Shown here piece by piece: positions 50,556-63,300 of a stretch of 64,000 bases of DNA (positions within the stretch are counted from its first letter, which is position 1; each line of letters opens with the position of its first letter). Under the pieces are notes generated by a model. That model had not been told where the DNA came from, made no database searches, and was given only the letters and a program-made list of their open reading frames with translations. The DNA comes from Paecilomyces variotii (lineage: Eukaryota): NCBI GenBank assembly GCA_004022145.1, contig RCNU01000003.1. One strand, given 5' to 3'. A program made the position numbers and the translations under genes.

Positions 50556-52419
50556 CTACCAACCCTCAACAACCCTAAACCTCGCCTCTACACCATCAAT
50601 AGGCGACACAGTAACACCTCTCCTCATCTTCAACTCCGCATCTGGATTCTTCAATTCCATCTGAAACCTCCCCACCGTAACAGCCACCATGCACGCCAAC
50701 TCCCCCTTCGCAAACCCCTGACCAATACACCCTCTCGGACCATGCAGGAAACTCAAAAACGCATAATTCGTATCCGCACCACCGGTATTCGCTCGTCCTG
50801 GACCCATCCATCGTTCCGGATCAAATACATCCGCGTCGGGGCCCCAGAGTTCCTTACTCCGGTTCGTGGCTTCGGGGGCTAAAACAAGGAGGGATCCTTT
50901 CGGGATATGGTGGCCGACAACGGTGGTGTCGCGGGCTGCTTCTCGGATGGTGAGAGGTACAGAGGGGTAGAAGCGGAGAGTCTCATTGCAGACGGCGTTG
51001 AGGTAGGGAAGGGAATCGATGATTGAGGCGGAGATGGTATTGGATGTATGTGATGGGGATGGGAGATTTGCGCGGATTTCGTCACGAAGACGAGATTGGA
51101 TTCCTGGATGTTTGCACAGGGCGTAGATGACCCATTGGAAGGCAGAAGCGGTGGTTTCGTGCCCTGCTGCGAGGAAAGTCATCATTTGATCTACTAGATT
51201 CTCTTCTGAAAAGCCGCCGCTGGTTAGGGCGACGGACATGATGTCGATTTCGTCGCTGGCGGCTGTCACTGCGTCGTTGGTATTGGCATTGCCATTGGCA
51301 TCTTGTGTCTTCTTTTCAAGCCGTTCTTTCTTCTCGCGAACTAGTTGTCGGGCAACGGTTCGGATGTAGCTTGATGCTGCGCGAACGTCACGGTTTCGCT
51401 TTATGGGGATCTTCTGGAAGAATCCCAAATCGACGAGGAACATCGCTACCAGGAAGAGGATTCTCATTTTCACGGACGGCTCCATCAGTAAGCGGCGGTA
51501 GTGGTTGTTGAGTTCGTTATCTGGATCGCGGAGCGTGTCGAAGTCGCGGCCCATGCTGGCGATGCTGATGGCGTCGAGAGTGGCTCTACTGGCCCAGTCG
51601 CCGACTATGATTGTTTTATCATCATCATCTTCTTCTTCTTGAGAGTTTGGTTTGCTGCGAAGCTCATCGCCAATCATCTGGACCATCTCGACTGCTTTGG
51701 CCCAGAAGACTGGGTAGAGATTCTTAACATGACGATAAGAGAAAGCAGGCATGAGATTCTTTCGTTGTCTCTGCGGAATGAATTAGTTAGCGAGATGGAT
51801 GAAAAGGTCCCCAAAACAGGATAATACAGGATGTTCGAACCAACCTTATGCTCGTCCCCTTCAGCGAGCAGAACGCCATTACCAGTGATACGCTCCAGAG
51901 AGATCCGTGCCAGATCAGGCTTACGAAAGTCGTATGACTTCAGAGTAAGAACCTCGCTTAGAGCTTTAGGGCTCACTACAAGCACTCTTTCCATATTTCC
52001 TACTAGATAGTAGCGGATAAGTTCCGCATCAGGCATCTCCTCCATCCATCGGAGACAGCGCGATCCGGGAGACTCGATGAATAATGATTGCGTATTGCCT
52101 TTGAGCCATGATCTTCCCTGTATATAGTTATAAAGAGGTTAGCAATGATCGTTCCGACCTTTTCGAGAAGGTCAAAATGAATGATTAATTGTATGTATGT
52201 GTGTATACTTGCCTTCGGAGTCTGGATATGTCTTAGCGGCGTAAAGAATTCCGGATATAGGATTGTAGTATAGACAATTCTCCCGACGAGTGTTGTGAAG
52301 AAGATCGATAGGGCCGTTAGGAAATAGGATTCTCGCACGGAGTACTCTGGTTTATGTTGCACGAGAAGAATACCGAGACTGAAGGACAAGATTGCCCAAA
52401 TCGGATTAGAGAGACCCAT
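50556..52419 (-). CDS. Cytochrome P450, three exons
   Basis: N-terminal TM anchor, AAGHETT (I-helix), ETLR, FDPERW, FLHGPRGCIG. The first intron is GC-AG (52118-52212). Confidence 0.92.
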
Positions 52420-53934
52420 TGTAGTTAGGGTAAAAGGATGTTTTAAAGAGACGATGAGATCAAAAAGGAATAATGGCGAGTAAGTTTGGTAGAAGTAATT
52501 CGCAAGACACGAATACACGAAAGACCAAGTAGGTTCAGCCAGTAATTAGCAGCTGACTGATAATGCACTTTTCGAGTTCGTCAATTGTTGCGTCGAGAAG
52601 AGCGGTCTTGGCCGTCGATGCGTTCCAGGGAGATGTTTCGTTGGTAAAGGACGAGATTATATCAACTGTCCATGAAGAGTTGGACTTGGCGAGATGATAA
52701 TAATGATGAATCTTCAAACATCCAAAGCTTCATCGACGCTTGGCTTGGTTAGGGACTAAGTATGTTGAAGATCCACCCCGTCCAAACGCGAGATCTCCGA
52801 CACCAGTAGCCTGCTGGATCTTATGCAAGATTGCTCTCGCTCCTTAACTTGTTAAGGAGAAAAAGTAACAAAATGCGGTGTCGTTCGGGGCCAGTGAAAG
52901 TAATCCACGACGAGATTGATGGATAGACACTGGAGTTCTTGGAGCTGTTTCGTTCTTCGGAGAAAATGTCAAGGTACTTAGACACCTCGGTTGGTTGCAG
53001 AAGGGATCGGATGTAAGTACCTAATTGCACAACAGCTGCAGATCGATAACTAGTCACCGAAATAATCCACGATCCATATCACGATCGATCTCCGAGATCG
53101 ATCTGGGATTGCAAACTCGACGTCCGAGTCCCGACGGTGAGCTGGAAATCTGTCGATTCTTTATAACTAATGGCCAGTCCTCAAGTCAACCCAGATCAGG
53201 TAACCAGCGCGAGGAGCGGGCTAATCCAATCCTCGAAATAAACGGAGTCGGTTCAATTGCTTCTCCCGAGGATGTTGAACTACCTCGATCTTTTTCTCAA
53301 AAAAATACCTACCCCAGAAGACAATCAAGGCAGAAGGATTCTTTCTGTCTGATGCCTTAGTCAAGTCGACAATTGTTTTCGTAATCGACACTCCTTTGAC
53401 GACGATTGGATTCTCATTATTCTGAAACGGCTTGATGTCAACTTCGGACGCCGGAGATCTTATCTGGTTCCGTGTCCGACGGCTTTTTCAAAATTCACAC
53501 GTTGCGCCGAGGCTCTCCGAGAAAGCATATCTGGGGTTCACGCGATCGGATGCCCCGTGTGGTCGGTCTATTTACACTAGTTACGAATATGGATATGGTC
53601 TATGTACTTATTGCACGGGTAGATCTGTGGTGGTTTAGTGGTAGAAAATCATTCGATTCGCTTTGACACTACTTAACTACGTGACACTTTATCGGGATTG
53701 GGGGGTTTTTTTGACTACTTCCCTATGGTGGATGACTGCGATCAACATGTAAGTGATTCATATATCATCTATTTGAACAGGGAGAAGAATAAAGATTAAC
53801 ATCCGTAATATTTTCATTCATAAGCTCTATATGATAGTATCTCTAGAGGAAGGGGGAGAGACCATAACAAAACCATCAATCATGTCTGGGAGTCCTCATA
53901 CGCGAGATTCTAGTTACATCGTTTTGTGTAAGAT

Positions 53935-55302
53935 TTAGTGCTTCTGCTGGCTGCGCTTCTTCAAGAAGACTGGACCGGCACGGCTGGTGAAACCCCAGCG
54001 GATCTGGTTGGCCATCGAGATCTCAGTGTCGAGGTCCTCAGCAAAGGTCCAAACCAGACCGGGGTTCTTCTGGAAGCCACGGCCAATGAAGATGAAGTCA
54101 AGACCGTCCTCCTCGAGCAGCTTGTTGGCCAGCTTGCCGTCGTTGATGCTGCCAACGGCGCTGACCGCAACCTTGTCGCCGACCGCCTTCTTGACGGCGA
54201 CTGAGAAGGGAGCCTGGAATCCAGGACCGCCCTTGATCTTCTGCTGAATGTTGTTTCCACCAGAGCTGATGTCGATCAAGTCGACCAGGCCCTTGTCGGC
54301 GAGGATCTGAGCCAGCTTGACGGTGTCCTCGACGCGCCAGCTGGGCTCGTCGGGCTTGACCTCCTCCAGCCACTCGGTGGCAGTGACACGCCAGAAAACG
54401 GGCATGTCCTCGGGAACAGCCTTGCGGGTGATCTCGGCGATCTCGAGGGTCAGACGAATGCGGTTCTCGAAGCTGCCACCGTACTCGTCGGTCCGGTTGT
54501 TGGACTGCGGAGAGAGGAAGGAGTTCAGCAGGTATCCGTGGGCGTTGTGGATCTCAACAAAGTCAGCGCCCGCCTTGACGGCACGCTTGACGGCAGCCCC
54601 CCAGGCGGTCTTGAGCTCCTCAATGTCCTGCTTGGTCATGGCCTTGGGCAGAGGGAAACGGTCGGTGAAGGGGATGTCGCTGGGACCCTTGACGTTGTCG
54701 GGCCAGCCGCCAGCCTTCTCGGTGGCCAGGTCACCCATGGACAACCAGGGAGCAACGGTGCTAGCCTTGCGACCAGCGTGGGCGATCTGAACACCGACGA
54801 TCTGGTTCTGGCTGTGGATAAACTCAATCACCCGGCGCATCGGCTCAATCTGCGAATCCTTCCACAATCCGACGTCGTGGGGGGTAATGCGTCCTTCGGG
54901 AACAACGGAGGTGGCCTCGATCATCAGGAGACCAGGACCGCGCTGGGCGATGCCTCCCAGATGGGCGAGATGCCAGTCAGTCATGTGGCCATCCTGGGCG
55001 GAGTACTGGCAGAGGGGAGACAGCTGAAGAGGAAGAAGATCACGGTCAGTTCTTGGGTTCATCTTGGGTTCATCTTGCGATGATAACGATAACGACGAAT
55101 AGCACAACTACCAACGTACCCCAATGCGGTTGTGCAGAGTGAGACCTCTCAGCTTGAGAGGCGTGAAGAGCTTGGGAGGCTTGGTGCCATCGGACTGGGG
55201 GTCAGCAGCTGTTCCAGCTGGAGGTTCCTGGGCAGGAGTGAAGTAGGAAACGCCGGGAGCGGGCTTGTTGATGATATCGGGAACCTGAGCGCGGGCCGAC
55301 AT
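53935..55302 (-). CDS. Old yellow enzyme / NADH:flavin oxidoreductase (YqjM-like class)
   Basis: LFTPLKLRGLTLHNRIG/LSPLCQYS, QIAHAGRKAS, EIHNAHGYL, NRTDEYGGSFENR; intron ~55024-55119. Confidence 0.93.
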
Positions 55303-55569
55303 GGTTGTTGGTTGTGGTTGATCAGGGAGAGAGAGATAACAGAGAGGAGGAGGAGAGGATGTTAATAAAGGTTGAGTATGGTAGTAATAATAATATCTAT
55401 ACCCCAATATGAATGGAGCGTACCCCGGGGAGATCGACCAGCTTTAAATAACTTCAAGCAAGAGAAATGTCACCGCGGAGAAGCCGATCGAAGGACAAAT
55501 CGCAGACAAATGTTGCTCCACTCTGCTTTGAAATAAGAAGAATAATGCCGGAAGAAGCATCGTAGCTTG

Positions 55570-55660
55570 GAATAATAATAATAGCAATCATAATAATACT
55601 AATTCTAATACATACTCTACTTAATAATAATAATCATAATAACTAACTAATACTAATACA
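55570..55660. repeat. Degenerate (TAA)n low-complexity tract upstream of the OYE gene
   Basis: aataataataatagcaatcataataatactaattctaatac...taataataataatcataataactaactaatactaata. Confidence 0.6.
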
Positions 55661-56399
55661 CGGAGAGTTGGACTGCTTAGAAGCCCCTCCATCATATCAA
55701 TATCGTCACGTCGGCGGCGACAATGGCAACAACTGCCCCCGATTAAGATTTACGCCGTCTCAAATGTTTCCTTTTCTTCCTTTCCCTTCTCCTGTGAAAC
55801 GCCGGGCAATCAATAGGATGCTGTGAAAAGTGACCGAACCGTGGTTGGATTGTGCAGCTGTTGGCCTCTTCTGAAATGATTAATAACTCCGAATGATTAA
55901 TAATGAAGTCGATCTTGCGGAGAGTTTTTTGGCTGATTAGCCCATTTTAGCCCTGTTAGCCTCTGATCATCTTTTCCGCCCAACGAAACAACATCGAAAA
56001 TCCGACCCAGTCGGCCGAACTCTCGGCTTGCCTCTCCATCTCACTTCCCGATCAATCATGGTGGTGGCACCACTGGGCAACGTGCTCAGAATGTCTACAG
56101 CAATTATTAATGATATTAATTAATTACTGCTTGCATACTACGGAGAATTATAAGAGCAGATCCCGCGGGTTCTGAGCAAGATGAATATGAGTATGAGTAT
56201 GCTAAGACAAGTCACACGGAATGTTCTAGGGAAGAAGAAGTTGTTGTTCTTCTATTATTTATTTGGAGGGGCAGCTAGATGCTAGATAAAAGCGATTATG
56301 ATCCAGGGCGGTGAACAGTGGCAGATAAGTAGATATCCAGAGTGACCGCTCATATCCAACCGGGCAAGTTCAACGTCTTCTGCAAATGGACCAAAGTCA

Positions 56400-57100
56400 G
56401 ACGTCATGACATCTAGATGAAGCCTAGTCCATGAATATAACTAGCGGGAGAAAACTGTGCGGACGGCCCAAGAGGGACATTTCGCCAATCCGACTCATCG
56501 GATACACTTCCAATGCCGTTATATGCATCCAGGGTCGGCAAGTTTCTGATAAGTCTCCGCTGCTTATCCAGTATCTGACACATCCAATCAGAAAGATTAT
56601 CTAAAGACCCAGGCAATGTTTCCGATATTCTCTTCTTGGCCATCTCGAAATCAGTGGCAGAGGTGACTGACCCTCATAACCGAGGTGTATCCCACCACTC
56701 GCTTGGACATCTCTGAAGGACTCTTACTGCCGCAAGCGACGTTGGGTGCCTATTATCACTCCTCTGAACAGATTTGACTGGTGTTCGACTTCCAGCCATA
56801 TCCAGGAATTTCTGGAATTCAGGTAGATTGTTTGCAACCATCGTTCCAGAATTCGTCGATGCCATGGAGATGCTATAGTATTATCCATTAGGCCGGAAGG
56901 ACCCTTCGTCTCTGTTAAATTCATCCGCAATATCTCGCAGGTCATTCAAAGAAAGGGTGAGAACTATTGCTGGGTGTTTCCAGGCCCGAAGCGCAGAGTC
57001 GAACAGCTGGCTCCTGGTAATGTTGACGAACCGTATGAAGCGGAATATCCTAGGAGAGCTAGTATCTCCTCAGACTCAAACTCCTCCGTCAAACTCATCC
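56400..57100 (-). pseudogene. Fragmented gene of unknown family
   Basis: Consecutive protein-like minus-strand segments; ORFs 56674-56865 and 56413-56643 are in one frame separated by a stop. No motif recognised. Confidence 0.4.
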
Positions 57101-57565
57101 TGGAGATAGAACGAACGGTTTGAAAGGAATATAGAGAGTAATGACGTGAAAGTGAAACGACTGATAACGGATGGCTAGGCCAAGAAATAGTATCCAACAC
57201 AGCAGTTTACCTGGGCAGAAAAACGGGGTTCGCAATAACTGCTAAACAGTGAGCAGTAAGGTATCAGTATCGCTGGAAACAATACCATGCAGTGCAAGAA
57301 GGTCAGGTATCACATATGAGAGAAACAGTAGTCGAGAATAAGAATCAGCATGAAACAGACCAGTCAATCCTGGTTCTAGAAGGCGGCTTTCAGATAACGA
57401 GAAACATCGGTCGAGCCGTCCTCGTTCAGACAACCGTCGCGCATAGTATCGGACAGTGGACCAAAACTCGGCTCCAGGGGGGGTTGCCAGACCGATCGGA
57501 AGGAGTTCATCAATGAAGAGAGCACAAGGGAGATGGGATCATATCCGTGTGGAGTCGGTCAGGCC

Positions 57566-58720
57566 CTAATATTTCCTGGTGATCTTCACACAATGGTTTA
57601 ATGGCGGATCATTCTCCGCCAGCGGGATGCTGACCATATCGCACAGCCAGCCCAGGGTCGAGGGAAGGCACTGGTCCAGTCCCAAGAAAGCTCGGTTGGT
57701 CGAATACCAGAACGAGGCGAGCTCCCCTTGTTCTCTCGTGTATTTATATACGGCCCTCTGCGGGGAAAGGAGGAACTCATGGGGTTTCTTCCCGGCCGGA
57801 TCCCTGGGATCACAGTCCCAGATGATTAAGTTCTTGCTGGTCCCAACTTCGGAGCGAATCACCGCAATATCCTAAACATGCCAGCACTTTATATCCTAAT
57901 ATAGATCAGCGACCCAGTTTTTGCTGGGAGTGCTGCAAACGGCGAACCAGATCTGCTTCCCCCCTTTTGGGGCTTTCCAAAAGAACGAGTATGTATCGCG
58001 GACATCGATATCCGGCAACGAATTGCACCAGCTGGTCTTCATTTTACCGTCTGGGAAGGAGAGCACGTGTGGATGCACGTAAGGGCCATCAGGGATCGCG
58101 CTGAAGTACTTATCTTTATATTTTCCCATTCCCTTATTTGCTTCTCGCCCATGCCTGACGCGTTCAGGATTTCGGCCTTCTCAATGCTGGGTTTTGTAAC
58201 GATAAAAAACCAGTCATTATCTCTGATTGGTACAATTATACGACATTCGATATTATTGGCGACCTGGCTTTCGTCACCGCCGCGTCCCAGCAGCCAGCGT
58301 CCAGCGTCCAGCGTAACATCCCCATGCGGCCCGAGGATACTTGGTAACCCTGGATTGTGTCTGTGTCCTAGCAACGATCCAGCGTTGCTACTTCAGAGGC
58401 GACCCAAAGTCCGAAGCTGACGATCCAGCCGAAGTCGATCAAGTTGAGATGTAAGATCATAGATGGGCATTCTCGTTCGAGTTCTCCAGATGAGAGTCCG
58501 CGGAATCAACTCGTACAACGTGACATGTGTGCCCATAGACAAAAGTCCATACAGGTGATTTGTCGTAGGATGAAGTGCAGTCCAATCAACCATGTAGTCT
58601 CTTAGCTGAGCTTCAGCCCGCTGCCTTTTTTCCATATCTGTCTGATAACTTTGCCGCTTGCATTCGACAAACAAATGGGCTTGAAGTTGCCCAAACTCAA
58701 GCTTCTTCACGATCAAATTT
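57566..58720 (-). pseudogene. Disrupted gene(s) with a PD-(D/E)XK-like nuclease segment
   Basis: LFVECKR...AEAQLRDY...LYGLLSMGTHVTLYEL. The same frame continues past a TGA at 58393-58395. After a frameshift come further segments with in-frame stops (NLIIWDCDP). Confidence 0.5.
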
Positions 58721-58869
58721 GATCGTTTACTGTTCCCAACTGTCTCGTCAATGCGTGATTTTCTCTCTCGATAGTATATTTGGTTGAGTCAAAATAATGG
58801 GACAGGGAATTTGTCCACAAGTGATCGAAATGGTCCTCCAATGGCAGTCCAGTAAAACTACACTTGGCA

Positions 58870-59170
58870 ATGGGAGCACACTTATAGTGAGGAGAAAACT
58901 CAAGGCGAAGTTGCCAAACGACTTATGCACATCATCTCTCAGAGCGATACCAGTAGACCGGTCTTTGATATTCTCGATGTCCATTCTGATGTGTCGGACC
59001 GCAGGGAAATACCACCAGAGCGCTTCCTATAAGTATCTGGCTCACGTCATATGTAGAACCCTATACTTCAATCAGAACTTGCTATCCAAACTAGAGAGGT
59101 GTTAACCACTATACTTACCGGAGTAGCTTTCCAGATTATGCGGGGCAGGCAGGGAAAATATGCTATATAA
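58870..59170 (-). pseudogene. HNH-endonuclease-family fragment
   Basis: *EALWWYFPAVRHIRMDIENIKDRSTGIALRDDVHKSFGNFALSF resembles the fungal HNH_2 pattern (NGIxLxxxxHxxFGxF). TAG at 59027-59029 sits where W is expected. Confidence 0.6.
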
Positions 59171-60384
59171 ATACGATATTGGTTATTGGAAATATCAACT
59201 TGTTAATAACTGTGACTCCTTCTATTTGAATATATGGTTATATAAGGAATAAGAAGTAAATCTGTATAAGCCAACTTGCGCACGGCTATAGGTTGAAGAT
59301 AGACCTTAAGGCAACGGCTCGGAGAGTATGCTCCTGAGCAAGAAATTGGATAGAAGCCAGACCATAGCAGTGTCAGAGAGAAGAATTTCTGAAGTAGCGA
59401 ACGCTGAGAATCAGACGTTATAAAAGGTGGAAAAAGTGGTGTCTGTGAAGAAAAGAGTGGTGAGTCAGGCAAGTGAAAGAATCAAAGAACTGCGACCTGA
59501 AACAAGCAGGCAGATCAGCTTGGATCTGGACAATTCACTCCAGTATTGTACTTTCTGAGGGTTCCGATTTGAGAGTAGTACTTAGGTCAAACTGAGTCAT
59601 GGAGGTTTGGTACCATAAATATAGACGATCCATTCCGCTAAATTCTGATACCTGTAGTACTGGGCGTCGTGGACGTCGATGACGTTGTAGAAGGCGAAGC
59701 ACTTGCAACAACTGTAGTAGCGGATCACCTGGACGTACGCTTTGTGCGCCGACAATGGGCCTCCATAGTGACAGAGAATAGATAGGCTACATCAAACAAC
59801 TATTGAGACAGAGTGATACGTTTTAACACTGGGCTATTTCCGGAAAACTAAACCTTTACTCAAAAATTTTGGACTAGTGGCTATTAAATACGATATGTTT
59901 AGCTTGTTCTCTGGATTCCTAGACCACCCCCAGTAATCTAGCCTTAAAGACAGCACTGGCTATACTTGTATTGAAGGCACGAATGGAACTGGCGACTCTT
60001 GGTTAAACAATCACCATCCAACTACTCATGTCCACAATAGACTTAGAAAAGATATGGTCGCAAACTTGGCAGTCATTAGATGACCTGGAATTGCCTTTTG
60101 GGGGGTCATCTGCGGGTTATGTATTGATTCACGTAGCCCTCGAGAAAGCAATGAGAGAGGAGTACACGCCGAACTTATTAGCTATATCAGGATACCAAAG
60201 CTCTTTAAATTCTGCTCAAAGAGCATCAGACCCTCGCCGTAATGGAAAGCCTGGGCCGTAGCAACTTCAGTGGGGACTCTAAATCACCACTTGCTATCAG
60301 AAACAAGTATACTGCAAAGCTAGAAGCAGGGGGCAAAAAATCGTTTTCGCAATCGTCACCTCCAAACAGCCTAAGAATCCCACA

Positions 60385-63300
60385 TCATTGAAAAAATTTC
60401 GGAGCCTGCCTATAGGCAGACATCCTGTCGGGTTTCTCCTGCGCCTTTCTGGCTCCTCCAAGCTCAGCGAGCTCCGCTTCAGAAAGAATGTAGATTCCAA
60501 TGTCAGACGCTCGACCCCCGACTATATCAAATCTTCTGGTCATCTCGTGTGTGGCATCTAAACATGTCGCACCCCATTTCTTGCACTCCTCACACATATC
60601 AAAATGGCCCTCGTCGCATATTGAGCAATGGTAGGCGAGATCTCGCCACTCGTGCACTCCGCAAATACCACAAAGGTGGCCAGGATAGCTGATCTGCTCA
60701 TCCAACGAAGTTGAAGGATGCGCCATTTGGGTTTCTGCGCTTGGCTGGAGCAGGATGTCTCGAATGAGCGGCTTATTCCTCGCAGTAGCTTCCAGCAGCG
60801 CCGTGCGACCGAAATTATCAGTCGCATCTCGGTCAAGATTTGGGGCTTCAAGGAGTGCTGTCACGAATTTGGTCATTCCCCGAACAGTTGCTCCCATCAG
60901 TGGGGTTCGTCCATATTTATCTTTCCTGTTGGGGTCGCAGCCTGCACGCAAAAATGAGCGAACCAAGGCCTTCGAGTTCAAGCCAAGCTTTACTGACAAA
61001 TAAAGTGGTGTCCGCCCATCTTCATCAATAACATTGGGATCTGCACCATTTTTTAGCAGCAGATCTAATACTGCTTCTGCGTCCCCGAATGCAAAGTGAT
61101 TCCCCCTCAGAGGGCTCCGGCCCCTATAGAGCTTTTTCGAGAAATCATGGTTGTATACTCCTAAAGCCCATAAAAGGGGCGACTGGCTAGGATGATCCAG
61201 TTGGTTTGCATTCGCTCCACTGTCGAGGAGCATCTTCACAATCGCTTCGAACCCTCGCGCTGCTGCCCAATTAATGGGCCTCTCTCCAAATCTGTCTTGC
61301 ACGTCTGGGATGGCACCGTGACTCAACAGCAGTTTGACAGTAACATCATTTCCGTTACCAGCGGCAAAAAACAGTGGTGTCAGACCCCCAAAAAGATTTT
61401 CGGAATTGCGTGTATTCAGATCACTGAAAATACGCCGTTGGTCGTTGGTGTCGTACAAGATTGGTTCTGTGAAGTCATCCTCAGATATGTTTGAGTCCGC
61501 ACCTGCCTCAAGCAACATCTGGACTATAGGCGTTCGGCACCGTTGTACAGCATAAAACAAGGGGGTTCGACCGTGTTTGTCTCGGGCGTCGATATTTATC
61601 TCTTGTTGCAGTAAAAGCTCCACCAATTCGGTAGCATTTTTCAAGACAGCACCATGCAGCGCTGATTGAGCATTCCGAGTCACAAATGTTGGCTTTGCTC
61701 CATTCTCCAAGAGGAATCTCACAACTTCAGTCTTTCCACCATGAGCCGCAAGGAGGAGTACTTCGCTTGCAGTTTGCAAATTAACTTCCTGCTCCTTTAT
61801 GAGATACTTCAACATGCCAGTGTTTCCCATTTCTGCTACGCGCAATACCAGTGATGGAATATCCACATTTGCCGTTTTCGGATTGACCTTCTGCTCCGTC
61901 ATGAGGAACTTAAACAGATCAGTGTGTTTCCTCTCTGCGTGCAATACCAGTGACGGAAGATCCATGTTTGCGGTTTTCAAATTGACCTCCTGCTCCGTCA
62001 TGAGAGGATTAAACAGGCCAGTGTATTTTTTTTCTGCTGCGTGCAATACCAGTGACGGAATATCCACATCTTCATCGGGCTCCTCTTTCAGCACAAGCTC
62101 CACAATACTGCGATGGCCTGAATCGACTGCTCGACGTAGGATTTCCTGCACAGGTTCGGTCAAACTATCAATGCGTTGCCCGCATCTAAGAAAGATTTTG
62201 GCTAGCTCAGCGTTGCCGCCCCGGATGGCAAACAGAAGCGGCGCTGTGCTTTCTTTTCTGCGATTTACCCCGTGAAAAGGAGATTTCGGGGGTAGAACCC
62301 TGTGAAGGAAGTCCAGAACCTGATCATCGCTGTAGCTTTTGATCCGTGAATCCCATATCTGGCGAGCTGCCTCACATAAACGTAAACGAGACTCAGAGTA
62401 TTCCTTGCGTAGAGAGGAAATTCTGGGAGAAAGCAGAACTTTCCATGCCTCAGGATGTTGAACATCACTCTCCAAGTCATAGGAAGGGTTGGGATCAGCC
62501 CCGTTCTGAATGAAAAGTCTGACTACTTGGCTATAATCTAGAGCTCCCGATTCAAGTGGACGAATGTAGGGACCACTTGCAGCATGTACCAATGGCGTCT
62601 CCATAAGAAGGTTTCTTGCGTCAAGCTCAGCATGATTTTGTATCAGAATCTCACAGATTTCCAATTTTCCATTTCTGGCTGCATAAAAGAGCGCTGTTTC
62701 GCCAAGTACATTACGGTGGTGGACGTCAGCGCCATTTTCCAATAATATCTTCATTGTATCTGTCTTGCCACTTCGAGCAGAGTGAAAAATTGCAGTATTT
62801 CCTCTATCATCTTGGTCGTTGACATCCAGGCCCACGTCAATCAAGCACCCGACAATCGACGTATGCCCGTAATCTGCGGCCAAAAATAGAGCAGTCTGCT
62901 GGTGATTATTTCGGATTAGCGGGTCTGCCCCTTTGCTAAGGAGGCATCTCAAGATTGCCTCGTCACCTGCTGTGGCCGAGGTAAAAAGTGGTGTTTCCTC
63001 TTGCGAGTTCCGCACGTTTGGACTCGCGCCATGCTCTAATAAGGTTTCAACCATATCTGCATTGCTTGCCCTCACAGCGTAGAACAGAGCTGTTTCGAGT
63101 CTTTGATTCTGCAGGTTCAGATTTGCTCCATGTTCAAGTAACTGGGCTGCAATATCCCCGTGGCCATGCTCGATTGCAGTCATCAGACAAGTTTCCCGGT
63201 AAAATTGAAGATCGACATCACACCCAGCATTGAGAAAGCTCTTGACTATGGTGCCATGTCCGCGTCTCACAGCGTAATGAAGTGGAGTATATCCTGACCT

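Noticed and set aside
53938..55083. Long antisense ORFs over the OYE gene (also over tannase and atrB)
   Set aside because: A by-product of strong codon bias on the coding strand.
56124..56135. TTAC-N7-A, resembling a reported Starship target motif, near the core/accessory transition
   Set aside because: Five informative bases occur often by chance; no captain gene or second boundary is in the window.
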